From positions 640,001 through 704,000 of the forward strand of contig CAVTNB010000001.1 in the NCBI GenBank assembly GCA_963736005.1: 64,000 nucleotides of DNA, read 5' to 3'. Both the position numbers and the translations under genes were made by a program. This stretch comes from an uncultured Pseudomonadota bacterium (lineage in GTDB: Bacteria; Vulcanimicrobiota; Vulcanimicrobiia; Eremiobacterales; Eremiobacteraceae). This document shows positions 39,283 to 49,074 of the stretch, one piece after another. Position 1 is the stretch's first letter. Each line of letters starts with the position of its first letter. A model generated the notes under the pieces. The model saw only the letters and a program-made list of their open reading frames with translations, did not search any database and was not told the DNA's origin.

Positions 39283-40104
39283 CTATTGCGCCAACTCGTG
39301 GGCCGTAAACTTCTCCGGATACGGACTGCCCCACTGGCCTGTCATTGTTATGTTGCCGCCGCTTCCATGAAGGCCGCAATAATAGTGGCCAGACTCATAG
39401 CTGCCTACTTGGAACTCGAAATACTTCACCCCGCCTTGTGTAAAACCGCCTGTGAAGGGACTAGTTCCGGTGACGACTCCATCTTTGTTAAATACCGCAA
39501 GAGTGCCTGAAAACTCACCCTTGTCGCTCTCGCTTGTAATACGGATTTGTTCCTGGAAGACGCCGTCGTCGCTCGTAAGCTGCCACGTCCCGATGAGGTT
39601 GGGATACGATCCGGAGGAGGCCGTCGTGCTCTCAAGACGATCAACCGCGCGGGCGAGCATGCCGCGAGAATCCTCGATATTGGAAAGCTTCACAGTGATT
39701 TCGCGGCTCTGATCTTGCAGCGCCTTGAGAAATAGCTTTTGCGTAGCGACGATGTGCGCGCCGGCCTGCGCTGCTTGCTTGGATGTAATTTGACCCGTGA
39801 ACACCATCATCGCGATCTCGTCCACGAGACGTTGGCGGTCGAATTCGAGCGGTCCGATTTCGAGCGGTCCAGCGATTTCAAATCCGAAGAGGACGCCTTT
39901 CCCGCTCTTCACATCCGTTATGCGAGTTTCGACGAACTGCTGCTCTTCTTGAAGAACCTTCTCTTCCTCGTTTAGCCTAGCGATTTGCGCTTGATAGTTC
40001 TTCAGTTGCTGGCTGTTGTCTGCGCCTGCTGCTATGGAGCCCGACCCCAATACAAACAAGGCCATAGCGGTAACGAGGCCAAACAGAACGCGACTCGATA
40101 GCAT
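39283..40104 (-). CDS. Hypothetical secreted protein (coiled coil plus beta-rich C-domain)
   Basis: Signal peptide; LIGTWQLTS. Confidence 0.75.
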   Translation of the reverse strand: MLSSRVLFGLVTAMALFVLGSGSIAAGADNSQQLKNYQAQIARLNEEEKVLQEEQQFVETRITDVKSGKGVLFGFEIAGPLEIGPLEFDRQRLVDEIAMMVFTGQITSKQAAQAGAHIVATQKLFLKALQDQSREITVKLSNIEDSRGMLARAVDRLESTTASSGSYPNLIGTWQLTSDDGVFQEQIRITSESDKGEFSGTLAVFNKDGVVTGTSPFTGGFTQGGVKYFEFQVGSYESGHYYCGLHGSGGNITMTGQWGSPYPEKFTAHELAQ

Positions 40105-40121
40105 CAGGGGCTTCAGCGTCT

Positions 40122-40511
40122 CTAGTTAGGAATCGCCCAGAAGTCGTTATCTTTGTCGGTGAAATCGCTGCCCGGTGAGTAGCTGCAAAAGTCGATGGCA
40201 TACCATGTGCGGGATGTTCCATCGGACCAATGCACGTTCACGTTGTACGTCGTGTCAGCAGCGCAGACATCTTGATCTATCGTCACCGCTTGGTAGTCCG
40301 ACGTGAATGCGGGGATGGTTGGGTCAGATCCATCGTTGAGAAGATTCGTGCTCCAAGCAGACGGTGTGTGGTTTGCATCGAGCGTTTGGAGGTAAAACCC
40401 ATTCAGAATGGCGCTGTAATGGTTGTCAACGCCTATCGTGCTGTTGGCGAGCGCAATTGATGGGGCAAGAAGCATTACTGCTGCGCACACCACGATGAAT
40501 GACCTCTTCAT
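40122..40511 (-). CDS. Hypothetical secreted protein
   Basis: MKRSFIVVCAAVMLLAPSIALA signal; WSTNLL; one Cys pair. Confidence 0.75.
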   Translation of the reverse strand: MKRSFIVVCAAVMLLAPSIALANSTIGVDNHYSAILNGFYLQTLDANHTPSAWSTNLLNDGSDPTIPAFTSDYQAVTIDQDVCAADTTYNVNVHWSDGTSRTWYAIDFCSYSPGSDFTDKDNDFWAIPN

Positions 40512-40609
40512 GATGTATTTATCGGGTTCGCCGCAGACTCTTTCGAGCGTGCCTCCTATCACATTCTTGGCAGCGAATCCACGTGGCAAGGCCGAACTAA
40601 CCGCCAGCG

Positions 40610-42493
40610 ATGGTAGCTAGCCCACAGCTTGTTTCTCGCTCGGTCGTGAGGACGTTTGTCGTTGCGGCCCTTGCTTTATTGGTCGTCATCACGACGCTGC
40701 CTGGCCTGAGCTTTGTGTGGGACTCAACCGATGCCGCGTGGGGCTCCGATGGGGAACTCGGCTTTCAGTCCGACTACGATGGCAACGTCAAAGTCGTTGC
40801 CCCAGACTCCGCCGCAAGTCGAGCCGGCATTGTCGCTGGAGATCGCATAGATCTCTTTCGAACTCCCTTTGACTCGCGTGCCTACGTGGCCGGTTCGCCA
40901 GCGAGAGTTCCGGCGGGCACGCACGTGATGGTGTGGGTAAACCATCGGGGCGTTGATCGCCTCGACGAGCTCGTGCCGACACACGAGACCTACCCGCCGA
41001 TCGCAAAGCTCAACTTGGTCAGCAGAACCATCGCCGCGCTGATCTTTGTGGTGGTGGGTGGGTTGCTTGTCCTCTTGCGCCCAAGCCCAATGACCTGGGG
41101 GTTCTATCTCTATTGCCTAGGCTTTAGCCCGGGCATCGCCTTTGCTGGTTTCTCTCGTTTTCCATCGCCAACGATGCACGCCATAAACATCATTGGTGGG
41201 GACTTGCTCACGGCAGCCGGCACCGTCGGCATTCTTTTCTTTGCAATGGGTTTTCTGTGCGAAAATCCGGCGCCGTGGCGGCAACGTGTTGAGCGCGCTA
41301 TTCCCATTCTCTTCGTCCTTTTTGCTCTGCTTGTGACCTATCCTGATGTCGCAAACTTATTGCTCGGCTGGCCGGCGGAGTTGGCGCAGCGCATCATGCT
41401 GACGCTTCAGGGTGCGGTCTTCGCGCTGAGCATCATCGCCGTGTTCCAGACCTACATCCACGGGCAGCCACAAAACCGCCCGCGGATCCAGTGGGTCGTC
41501 GTTGGACTCCTTGTCGGTATTCTCGGAACGTATGTTGGGAGTCTGCTCGCGTTTAGCTCTGCACTGCCATTCACCACACCACGCTGGTTCCAAAGCTCGT
41601 TGCTCGTGCTCAATGTGACTTTGCCGTTAACGGTCGCTTATGCCGTGGTGCGGCATAGGGTTTTCGAAGTGAGTTTTGTGGTCAGCCGGGCGATCGTCTA
41701 TGCGATCTTGACCTTCATGATCGTCAGCACGTTTGCGCTGATCGAATGGTTCGTCGGTCAGGAACTTGCGGCAGCGCGCCTCGCGGTGTTTATCGAAATC
41801 GCCGTGGCCGTCGCCATCAGCTTTTGGGTGAACTCGCTCGAAAAGCAGGTCGGAAAGCTCGTCGATGGTATCTTTTTCCGCCGGCGTCGGGAGGCGTTGC
41901 AGCGAATCGAACGAGACGCAAACGCCGTTCATCGCGCGCGCGAGCAAAGCACCGTTGATGGATATGTCGTGAATGAAGCAACGACAGCGCTCGCTCTTTC
42001 TTCTGCTGCGCTTTTCCGCCGAAATGATGACGCCGTGTATGGACGGGTCCTCGCGTGCGGCTGGCCCGAAAATTCAGTGTCGTCCATCGATCACGAGGAC
42101 AAACTCGTGTTGACGCTTGAGTCTGAGTGGGAACCGCTGCGCATCGCAGAAATCGGTTGGCAGCACACGGGAGTGCCAACCGGGAACGTGGCACCCGTGC
42201 TCGCGGTGCCGCTGATCGCGCGACAAGCCCTTTGCGCTTTCGTTCTCTACGGGCCGCATTCCAATGGCGCCGATGTCGATCCCGAGGAAGTGCAGCGGCT
42301 CTTTCGCCTCTGCCGCGCAGCCCAGGCGACCTACGACGAGTTGCAGGTCGAGACGATGATGAAGCTCATTGAAGAGCTTCGCAATGAGGTCACGCGACTG
42401 CAAAATGGTGCGACAAGCATGGCGCCCGCAAGAGGCGCGATATCCCAATCGCCCCCTACAGCATCGTCGCAGGTCGCGCCCGGATCTGCGTGA
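40610..42493 (+). CDS. PDZ - multi-TM - GAF membrane protein (paralog 3)
   Basis: SAASRAGIVAGDRI; RHRVFEVSFVVSR; VPLIARQALCAFVLYG. Confidence 0.85.
   Translation: MVASPQLVSRSVVRTFVVAALALLVVITTLPGLSFVWDSTDAAWGSDGELGFQSDYDGNVKVVAPDSAASRAGIVAGDRIDLFRTPFDSRAYVAGSPARVPAGTHVMVWVNHRGVDRLDELVPTHETYPPIAKLNLVSRTIAALIFVVVGGLLVLLRPSPMTWGFYLYCLGFSPGIAFAGFSRFPSPTMHAINIIGGDLLTAAGTVGILFFAMGFLCENPAPWRQRVERAIPILFVLFALLVTYPDVANLLLGWPAELAQRIMLTLQGAVFALSIIAVFQTYIHGQPQNRPRIQWVVVGLLVGILGTYVGSLLAFSSALPFTTPRWFQSSLLVLNVTLPLTVAYAVVRHRVFEVSFVVSRAIVYAILTFMIVSTFALIEWFVGQELAAARLAVFIEIAVAVAISFWVNSLEKQVGKLVDGIFFRRRREALQRIERDANAVHRAREQSTVDGYVVNEATTALALSSAALFRRNDDAVYGRVLACGWPENSVSSIDHEDKLVLTLESEWEPLRIAEIGWQHTGVPTGNVAPVLAVPLIARQALCAFVLYGPHSNGADVDPEEVQRLFRLCRAAQATYDELQVETMMKLIEELRNEVTRLQNGATSMAPARGAISQSPPTASSQVAPGSA
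42434..42460 (-). repeat. Family 1 REP inside a CDS tail
   Basis: ggcgcgatatcccaatcgccccctaca, read as GAISQSPPT. Confidence 0.75.
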
Positions 42494-44745
42494 GAGCGAT
42501 GCGTCACTGGATCGTCGCGGTGTTGGGTATGCTTATGATCGCGTCTTTGCCGATCATCGCTTGGGCTTTTAACGATCAGACCGATAAGGTCACGGCGGTC
42601 GAGGCAAGCCAGCCTCTTCCTCTAGAGGGCAAATTGACAAACCCTGTCTGGCAAACCGGTGCAGTCGCCAAAGATTTTGTCAATTTCACAACGCGCCGGC
42701 CGGCGGCCCCCGAGGTGGCGACCACAGTCTACATCCTCTACGATGCCACGTATTTGTATGTAGGCTTCGTGTGCAATCAAGCCTCAGCCACCATCACCGC
42801 AAATCAGATCACAAATGGCGTGGGCGAAGAACTCGATGACCAGGTAGAAATCAACATTGATACGAGTGGGAACGGAACACGCGTGTACACATTCAAAACG
42901 ACTCCGAGAGCAGCTCGCTATCAAGATTCAAGCGAGTCCAACCGTTTTGATCCTCCGTGGCAGGCAGCGGCAAGCATACAACGAGCGAGCTGGTCTGCTG
43001 AGATGATCATCCCGCTCAAGGACTTGCGCGCCGCGGGCGGAACGCAAATCTGGCGCATCAACTTTCAGCGCCGGATCGCCGCTTTGGACGAATCCTTCTC
43101 GTGGGCATACAGTCCCCAGATGTCGAGCCCCGACCAAAGCCAATACTGGCCCGCGCTCACCGGCATTCGTATCGCCGGCAACTCGACTCGCCCCCTTCCG
43201 CACGCGGACATCTACGGTTTGGCAAGCATGGGTTCCGACCGCAATCAGTTTCAGCAAACCGACGGCTCGTTTGCCTTTCAGAAAGTTCGTGACTTCGGCG
43301 CGGATATGACCTACCCGATGACCAACACGCTGGCCCTCGTAGGCACTGCAAACCCCGATTTCTCGAACGTCGAGGTCGACCAGCAAACAATCGCACCGCA
43401 ACAGTTCCAACGCGTGTTTCTCGAATACCGGCCATTTTTTGCCGAGGGCTCCGACTATCTCATCCCCGGAGCTCACTTCAACTCGAGCGGAACAAAAGAC
43501 GAGATATTTTACTCACCGAGCATCGGAACGTTCAACTGGGGCGCTAAGATCGAGGGCACCATCGGATCGAATTCCCTTGGCGTGCTCGATACTGCTGGGC
43601 CCGGTTTCAATGACCAGGCGTTTGGCATCGACCACACCTCGTCATCGCAAGATTTCCGGCTCTTCGCCGACGGCGTCATGGCCCATCACACCCAGGATGG
43701 ATCGAGTGTCACGCCATGTCCGGGTATCTTGCTCACCTGTCATGACAACACGTATGAATTCGGGCTTCACAAGCAACTGCTCGCCACCGGTTGGTTGGCG
43801 AATCTTGCCTACGGGGGAGAGTCAGGCGATTTTGTTACAAATCCAAGTCTGGGCCACAGCTTCGTCGGGCTCTTTGGTCGCGAGCGACAGTACTCCGACG
43901 TTTACTTCATCTATCATGACATCGGACCGCACTACGCCCCGGTAGACGGATTTACGCTCTTGAGTGACGTTCGCGGCCCCGGCCTGTTTTCCGACTTTAA
44001 CGGTGTTGGAAAGCCGGGTGAAGCCATCAAGAACTATTTCGGTTTCTTTGGCGGGGAGCGTTCGGTCGACCGCTCTGGACAGGTTGCCTATGCATCGGCC
44101 TACGCTGACCTCACGCTCAATTTCAAGGATCTGATGACCCTCGACGTTGGACCTTCGATAAGCGAGCAGAGAACGAGCAATGGGTATCCGTCTTATACCG
44201 ATTCGCAAACGCTACCCTACAATCAGACGCACGTCGCACTAGGCTACGCCGAACAGTCGGCCTCCCCGGTCTCAGTGTCGTATTCGTGGGGACCCTTTGC
44301 GACGCTGTGCTCGGTGCCGGCAAGCGCCACAACGCCAAATCCGCTGTTTTGCGGGCCATTTTCGAACCTGTACGCGAACTTCTACCTTCAGCAATTCACG
44401 TCGGCATGGGCGCGGCAGTTCGACACGCGATTCAACATTTCAGCCGAATTTGACGGCACGGATGAGCGAGCGTTCGTTGGGCCAAGCGACGGCCAGTGGC
44501 TCCGTCGAATCTCACTTGGCGAGAACCTGGGACCGAATGCGAGTTTCTCAATTGGACTGCGATCGATCAGCGGCACTGGCGGATTCGCGGAACCAGGTTT
44601 GAATTTTGCTGCGTCACTCCACGACAAATTTCCAACCGGCAACGAATTGTTTGTCGCTTTTGGGTCGCCAGCGTCCTCGATCACCTTAAACCGGGTCATC
44701 GTCAAATACATCCTGCATATCGGGCAGGGCGGTACCGGCACCTAA
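42490..44745 (+). CDS. CBM9-like sugar-binding domain plus DUF5916-like outer-membrane beta-barrel
   Basis: YILYDATYLYVGF, WSAEMIIP, WRINFQR, NPDFSNVEVD and EYRPFFAEG motifs. Confidence 0.82.
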   Translation: MRAMRHWIVAVLGMLMIASLPIIAWAFNDQTDKVTAVEASQPLPLEGKLTNPVWQTGAVAKDFVNFTTRRPAAPEVATTVYILYDATYLYVGFVCNQASATITANQITNGVGEELDDQVEINIDTSGNGTRVYTFKTTPRAARYQDSSESNRFDPPWQAAASIQRASWSAEMIIPLKDLRAAGGTQIWRINFQRRIAALDESFSWAYSPQMSSPDQSQYWPALTGIRIAGNSTRPLPHADIYGLASMGSDRNQFQQTDGSFAFQKVRDFGADMTYPMTNTLALVGTANPDFSNVEVDQQTIAPQQFQRVFLEYRPFFAEGSDYLIPGAHFNSSGTKDEIFYSPSIGTFNWGAKIEGTIGSNSLGVLDTAGPGFNDQAFGIDHTSSSQDFRLFADGVMAHHTQDGSSVTPCPGILLTCHDNTYEFGLHKQLLATGWLANLAYGGESGDFVTNPSLGHSFVGLFGRERQYSDVYFIYHDIGPHYAPVDGFTLLSDVRGPGLFSDFNGVGKPGEAIKNYFGFFGGERSVDRSGQVAYASAYADLTLNFKDLMTLDVGPSISEQRTSNGYPSYTDSQTLPYNQTHVALGYAEQSASPVSVSYSWGPFATLCSVPASATTPNPLFCGPFSNLYANFYLQQFTSAWARQFDTRFNISAEFDGTDERAFVGPSDGQWLRRISLGENLGPNASFSIGLRSISGTGGFAEPGLNFAASLHDKFPTGNELFVAFGSPASSITLNRVIVKYILHIGQGGTGT

Positions 44746-45032
44746 GGCGAGAGCAGGTTCGAGCGAATCGTGATTGGTCGGTAATCGGCATCTCCGACCG
44801 AGGCTGATTTTATGACGTGCAGATCGCGAGGCGCGTAAAGGTCGTTCTCATGGCCGGCGGGGCACATGATCGAAAAAGCGCTGCGCAGGTCACGCTCCTC
44901 GACCGGTAACTTCACAATCATGCCGTCAGGGTAGACAACGTCGGACGTCCGTCCTTCTACCACGATCAGCTCACCGCAATCGGGCTCGGCGCATTTCACG
45001 TCGTGTCGGTAACGCACTCGTAAGTAATGCAT
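44742..45032 (-). CDS. Hypothetical protein, possible Zn ribbon
   Basis: CAEPDC ... CPAGH. Confidence 0.6.
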   Translation of the reverse strand: MHYLRVRYRHDVKCAEPDCGELIVVEGRTSDVVYPDGMIVKLPVEERDLRSAFSIMCPAGHENDLYAPRDLHVIKSASVGDADYRPITIRSNLLSP

Positions 45033-45176
45033 CTATATTAGTAATCGACCAGCTCGCCGCTCGATATAGCCCCGACTTTACCGGCCTGCGTGGTTGGGTT
45101 AACGATCGCTCTCTCCTCAGCGCCCGTACCCATAATGTGCGGGACGCTTGCTGCTGCACAGACGATCCGATACCCG

Positions 45177-45213
45177 CAAAATAATGAAGCGGACGACGTC
45201 ACCGTCGCCCGCT
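45177..45213 (-). terminator. Terminator after sigH
   Basis: AGCGGGCGACG-GTGA-CGTCGTCCGCT-TCATTATTTT. Confidence 0.7.
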
Positions 45214-45228
45214 CCGTGCGTTTTGAGT

Positions 45229-45876
45229 TTAGTAGAGCTCGACTTCGCTAAGATTCTTCTCGATCTTACGCTTGACGCGCTGGAGCGCGTTGTCGATCGA
45301 CTTGACATGGCGGTTAAGATCCCGCGCCATCTCTTGATACGACTTGCCTTCCAGATAGCTCAGCAGCACCTGCGACTCGAGATCGCTGAGGTTCTCCTGA
45401 ATGCGCTCCTTGATATCTTCCGAAACTTCCTGGTTGATCACCAGTTCCTCGGGATCCGACATCTTGGCGCTTGCCATCACGTCGAGCAGGGTCCGCTCAC
45501 TATCTTCATCATAGATGGGCTTATTGAGCGAGATGTACTGATTCAGCGGGATGTGTTTCTGCCGCGTCGCTGTCTTGATCGCGGTAATGATTTGGCGCGT
45601 GATGCAGAGCTCCGCGAAGGCCCGGAACGACGAGAGCTTATCCGCGCGAAAGTCGCGAACAGCCTTGTAGAGTCCGATCATTCCCTCTTGAATGATGTCT
45701 TCTCGGTCTGCACCGATGAGAAAGTAGCTCTTAGCCTTGATGCGGACGAAGTTCTTATATTTGTTGAGCAGGAACTCCATGGCGAGGTTGTCGCCACATT
45801 TGGCTGCATTTACGAGTTCTTCGTCGGCGCGCTCACTGTAGTCGTAGGTCTCTTCTACCGGGTGAAGTGCCCCCAA
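45229..45876 (-). CDS. sigH: RNA polymerase sigma-H family factor
   Basis: GADREDIIQEGMIGLYKA, RQKHIPLN and KSIDNALQRVKRK motifs. Confidence 0.96.
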   Translation of the reverse strand: MGALHPVEETYDYSERADEELVNAAKCGDNLAMEFLLNKYKNFVRIKAKSYFLIGADREDIIQEGMIGLYKAVRDFRADKLSSFRAFAELCITRQIITAIKTATRQKHIPLNQYISLNKPIYDEDSERTLLDVMASAKMSDPEELVINQEVSEDIKERIQENLSDLESQVLLSYLEGKSYQEMARDLNRHVKSIDNALQRVKRKIEKNLSEVELY

Positions 45877-45932
45877 AATTGTTTTCTACCCCCTAAATTT
45901 GGCTGCCCCAGCCGCCCTGGCAGTCCTACCCG

Positions 45933-45961
45933 ATTATATGTTCGGGCCTCGATTTCGTCAA
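45933..45961 (-). promoter_or_regulatory. Sigma70-type promoter of sigH
   Basis: TTGACG-N17-TATAAT. Confidence 0.8.
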
Positions 45962-46022
45962 GTTTTGGGCCGTGTTTTCGGCTTGTTTGCCTGCGTCACA
46001 ATGTCCGAGACACCCTTGACAA

Positions 46023-46077
46023 GGGCGACTTGACAGTCGCCCGCTACGTTTGGGCGACTTGCCAATCGCCCCCTACA
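46023..46077 (-). repeat. Tandem pair of family 1 REPs
   Basis: gggcgacttgacagtcgcccgctac and gggcgacttgccaatcgccccctaca; the second contains the rlmB TAG. Confidence 0.85.
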
Positions 46078-46813
46078 GTTTCTTCGCCGCTTCAAAGAGG
46101 ACGATGGCTGCTGCGCTTGCTGCATTGAGCGATCCGACGCGACCTCGCAATGGAATCCGCACCAAAGCATCGCATCGCTCGCTCACTAAGCGTGACAAAC
46201 CCTTGCCCTCTGCACCGACAACCAAGACGCATTTTCCCGTGTAATCTGCTGTATCGTACTCCTGCGCGGTCGCGGCTGGCGAGAGGCCTGTGACCCAACA
46301 TCCATCCTCTTTGAGTGCCATCAGTGCAGCGACGATATTCGGGACACGAGCAATCTTCAGGTGAGATGTGGCTCCGGCGGCGGCCCGGCGCGTGACCGCG
46401 GTAACAGCGGCGTTGCGGCGATCTGGCATCACCACGGCATTCGCTCCCGCGCCCTCGGCATTGCGCAACACGGCCCCAAGATTCTGCGGATCCTCGAGAT
46501 GATCGATGGCAACGATCAAGGCCTTGCTCGCCTTGCGCACCATCGCTCTGACGTCTGCTATGGGAGTATATGCAAAGGCAGGCAAATCTGCCGCGACGTC
46601 TTGATGGCCTTCTCCCCGACCGAAACGACGATCGCCAGTCGGCACCTCGAAATCAACGGGGATTCCTTGCGAGCGCGCCGTCGCGATTAACGCGGCAAGC
46701 TTTGGATCTTTTTCTCTGTGCTTGGGGACGCGGATGCGCCGGAGCGCCTCGCCTCCCTTAAGCGCTTCGTCAACCGCGTGAAAGCCGTAAATACGTTCCT
46801 CATCGGTTCCCAT
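46073..46813 (-). CDS. rlmB: 23S rRNA (Gm2251) methyltransferase, TrmH family
   Basis: IYGFHAV, DPQNLGAVLR, GAEGKGL, SLNAASA; start trimmed to MGTDEE. Confidence 0.93.
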   Translation of the reverse strand: MGTDEERIYGFHAVDEALKGGEALRRIRVPKHREKDPKLAALIATARSQGIPVDFEVPTGDRRFGRGEGHQDVAADLPAFAYTPIADVRAMVRKASKALIVAIDHLEDPQNLGAVLRNAEGAGANAVVMPDRRNAAVTAVTRRAAAGATSHLKIARVPNIVAALMALKEDGCWVTGLSPAATAQEYDTADYTGKCVLVVGAEGKGLSRLVSERCDALVRIPLRGRVGSLNAASAAAIVLFEAAKKL

Positions 46814-48251
46814 CAAGAGCCCATTCACTGCCGGATTTGAGATCCCGCACATTGACGCCAGCCGATGCAAGCGCGTCGCGCAACCTGTCCGAGGTAGCAA
46901 AGTTCTTCTTGGCCCGAGCCTCTTCACGCAACTCGAGAATGCGATTGACAAGCGCCGCGCCATCCAATTCGCCGTCGCCCGCGAGCGCCCGCAGTAGATC
47001 GCGTTGCGCCGGCGCCAACTCAACCCGACGCGCAACGGGCCAGCCGGCTTGCTCCGCTGTGGCGGGTAATCCCAAAACACCCAGGCAGCGCTCCACGATC
47101 GCAATCGTGTTGCCGGCGGACCGGGGGTTGGCGATCGCGCTCGTGCGCCCTTCGCGCACTTTCGTCTGAAGCCAGCCGAGGGCCCCAGCGGTATTGAGAT
47201 CGTCATCAAGAAAGGCATCGAATGCCGTCGCATCGATCGGGCCCGTTCCACCGATAGCGGCGTGGGACCGCAGCGCGTTGAGCTCCTCGTACAAACCCCG
47301 AAGACCCTTGGCTGCTGCTTCGAGCGCCGCTATCGTAAAGTTCGACGGCTTGCGGTATCCGGTTTGAAGAAAGAGATAGCGGACCGCTGCGGCACGATGC
47401 TGTTGCAAGAGCTCGCGCATGGGTATGAAATTTCCAAGCGACTTGCTCATTTTTTGCCCGTCGACGTTCAGCAACCCGGCGTGAACCCAGAAACGCGCCA
47501 TTGGGTGTTTCCCGGTTGCTGTTTCCGTTTGAGCGATTTCATTCTCGTGATGCGGGAAGACGAGATCCGCCGCTCCGCCGTGGAGGTCGAACTGATCTCC
47601 GAGATAGCGCTTGCACATCGCGGAGCACTCGATATGCCAACCCGGTCGCCCGGGGCCCCAGGGGCTCTCCCACGTCGGCTCGCCCGGCTTCGCCTTTTTC
47701 CAGAGGGCAAAGTCAAGTGGATCGCGCTTTTCCTCACGCACCGCGATGCGTTCGCCGGCGCGCAGTTCGTCCAAATTGCGGCGGCTTAGCTCGCCGTAGT
47801 GCGAGTCCCGCGCGACTGCAAAATAGACGCCGTCACTTGTCTCGTACGCCGCTTCGGATGCGACGAGGCATGCGATCAGACTTGTGATTTCGGGCATCTC
47901 CTGCGTTGCTCGGGGAGAGCAGCTGGGTTCCAGCAAACCAAGCGCTTCAGCGCACTCCTCAAATTCCCCATAGTAACGAGCCACCACGTCATTCCAAGGC
48001 ACCTTGTCCTTTGCTGCGCGATCGATGATGCGGTCATCAATGTCGGTGACGTTTCGGATATAGTTGACCTCGATGCCCTTGGCCCGCAAATGGCGGACCA
48101 AAATGTCAAACGTTAGAAACGTGCGCGCATGACCGAGGTGCGGGTGAAAGCTTGGGGTCATCCCGCAAACATACATCGACACGCGGCCAGGTTGCATTGG
48201 CTCGAACGTTTCGACTTTGCGGGTCAGCGTGTTAAAGAGTTGGAGAGCCAT
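46800..48251 (-). CDS. cysS: Cysteine--tRNA ligase
   Basis: [28 protein letters not shown] and KMSKS motifs. Confidence 0.97.
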   Translation of the reverse strand: MALQLFNTLTRKVETFEPMQPGRVSMYVCGMTPSFHPHLGHARTFLTFDILVRHLRAKGIEVNYIRNVTDIDDRIIDRAAKDKVPWNDVVARYYGEFEECAEALGLLEPSCSPRATQEMPEITSLIACLVASEAAYETSDGVYFAVARDSHYGELSRRNLDELRAGERIAVREEKRDPLDFALWKKAKPGEPTWESPWGPGRPGWHIECSAMCKRYLGDQFDLHGGAADLVFPHHENEIAQTETATGKHPMARFWVHAGLLNVDGQKMSKSLGNFIPMRELLQQHRAAAVRYLFLQTGYRKPSNFTIAALEAAAKGLRGLYEELNALRSHAAIGGTGPIDATAFDAFLDDDLNTAGALGWLQTKVREGRTSAIANPRSAGNTIAIVERCLGVLGLPATAEQAGWPVARRVELAPAQRDLLRALAGDGELDGAALVNRILELREEARAKKNFATSDRLRDALASAGVNVRDLKSGSEWALDGNR

Positions 48252-48903
48252 GACTCGATTCCGCGCTGCGTCGCATTTCAAGCGCATCGATGCGCGCGTT
48301 GAGCGCGGCGAGCGCTTCGCTGGTTGGATCCGGCATGTCGACTTGCGGAATGATCGGTTCTTCGACTTTCTTACCGTCGACAAACACCAGCCTACCAGGC
48401 ACCCCTACCACCGTGCTATTGGGAGGCACCGACTTCACCACAGCGGCACCGGCGGCGACTTTCGAATTGCTCCCGATGACGATGGCGCCAAGGATCGCTG
48501 CTCCCGCACCGACGACGACGTTGTCTTCGAGGGTTGGGTGTCGTTTGCCGTGCTGGAGGCTCGTGCCGCCAAGGGTCACGCCTTGGTAAAGGGTGCAATT
48601 TCTGCCGATCTCGGTTGTCTCTCCAATGACCACACCCATGCCGTGATCGATGAACAATCCGGCGCCGATCTCCGCCCCCGGATGGATCTCAATGCCGGTA
48701 ACAAAGCGCATGATGTGCGAGAGCAGGCGCGGCAGAACTGGAATATGCCAGCGGTAGAGCGGATGAATGAATCGATGGGCGACAACGGCATGGAGGCCGG
48801 GATATGCTAGGAGCACCTCAAGCCAGTTGACGGCGGCGGGATCGCGCTCGAAGCATGCTCGCCAGTCAGCCTGCACTTGTCTGAAGATGGAATCGCGTTT
48901 CAT
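48232..48903 (-). CDS. cysE: Serine O-acetyltransferase
   Basis: [27 protein letters not shown] and KRHPTL motifs. Confidence 0.97.
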   Translation of the reverse strand: MKRDSIFRQVQADWRACFERDPAAVNWLEVLLAYPGLHAVVAHRFIHPLYRWHIPVLPRLLSHIMRFVTGIEIHPGAEIGAGLFIDHGMGVVIGETTEIGRNCTLYQGVTLGGTSLQHGKRHPTLEDNVVVGAGAAILGAIVIGSNSKVAAGAAVVKSVPPNSTVVGVPGRLVFVDGKKVEEPIIPQVDMPDPTSEALAALNARIDALEMRRSAESSHGSPTL

Positions 48904-49011
48904 GGTAGTCCTGCCTCGCCCGTTGTGACGTTGGTTCGCGAGTTCATTCGCGACCGTAGAAAGGATGAAGGGCGCTTAAGCGCCCTGTCAACAGCAACAG
49001 CGGCAGGACTG
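48904..49011 (-). promoter_or_regulatory. RBS-sequestering attenuator structure upstream of cysE
   Basis: mRNA AGUCCUGCC-GCU-GUUG (49010-48995) pairs with CAAC-GGGC-GA-GGCAGGACU (48925-48907); inner hairpin 48969-48986. Confidence 0.75.
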
Positions 49012-49059
49012 TATCAGACTTTTGGAAGTGGGCGGCAACGGCCGTGCGGCTCTGTGCAT
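48988..49059 (-). CDS. Cys-rich leader peptide (23 aa)
   Basis: GAAGGTGG SD, 7-nt spacer, then MHRAARPLPPTSKSLIQSCRCCC-TGA. Confidence 0.8.
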   Translation of the reverse strand: MHRAARPLPPTSKSLIQSCRCCC

Positions 49060-49074
49060 CTGGATGCCACCTTC

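Noticed and set aside
45148..46128. 326-aa plus-strand ORF and similar long antisense ORFs
   Set aside because: Shadows of real minus-strand genes such as sigH in GC-rich DNA.
48904..49074. T-box riboswitch before cysE
   Set aside because: No complete T-box consensus or stem I. AAGGTGGCA is only a partial match, lies directly after the gltX stop with no room for a specifier stem, and fits better as the leader-peptide SD.
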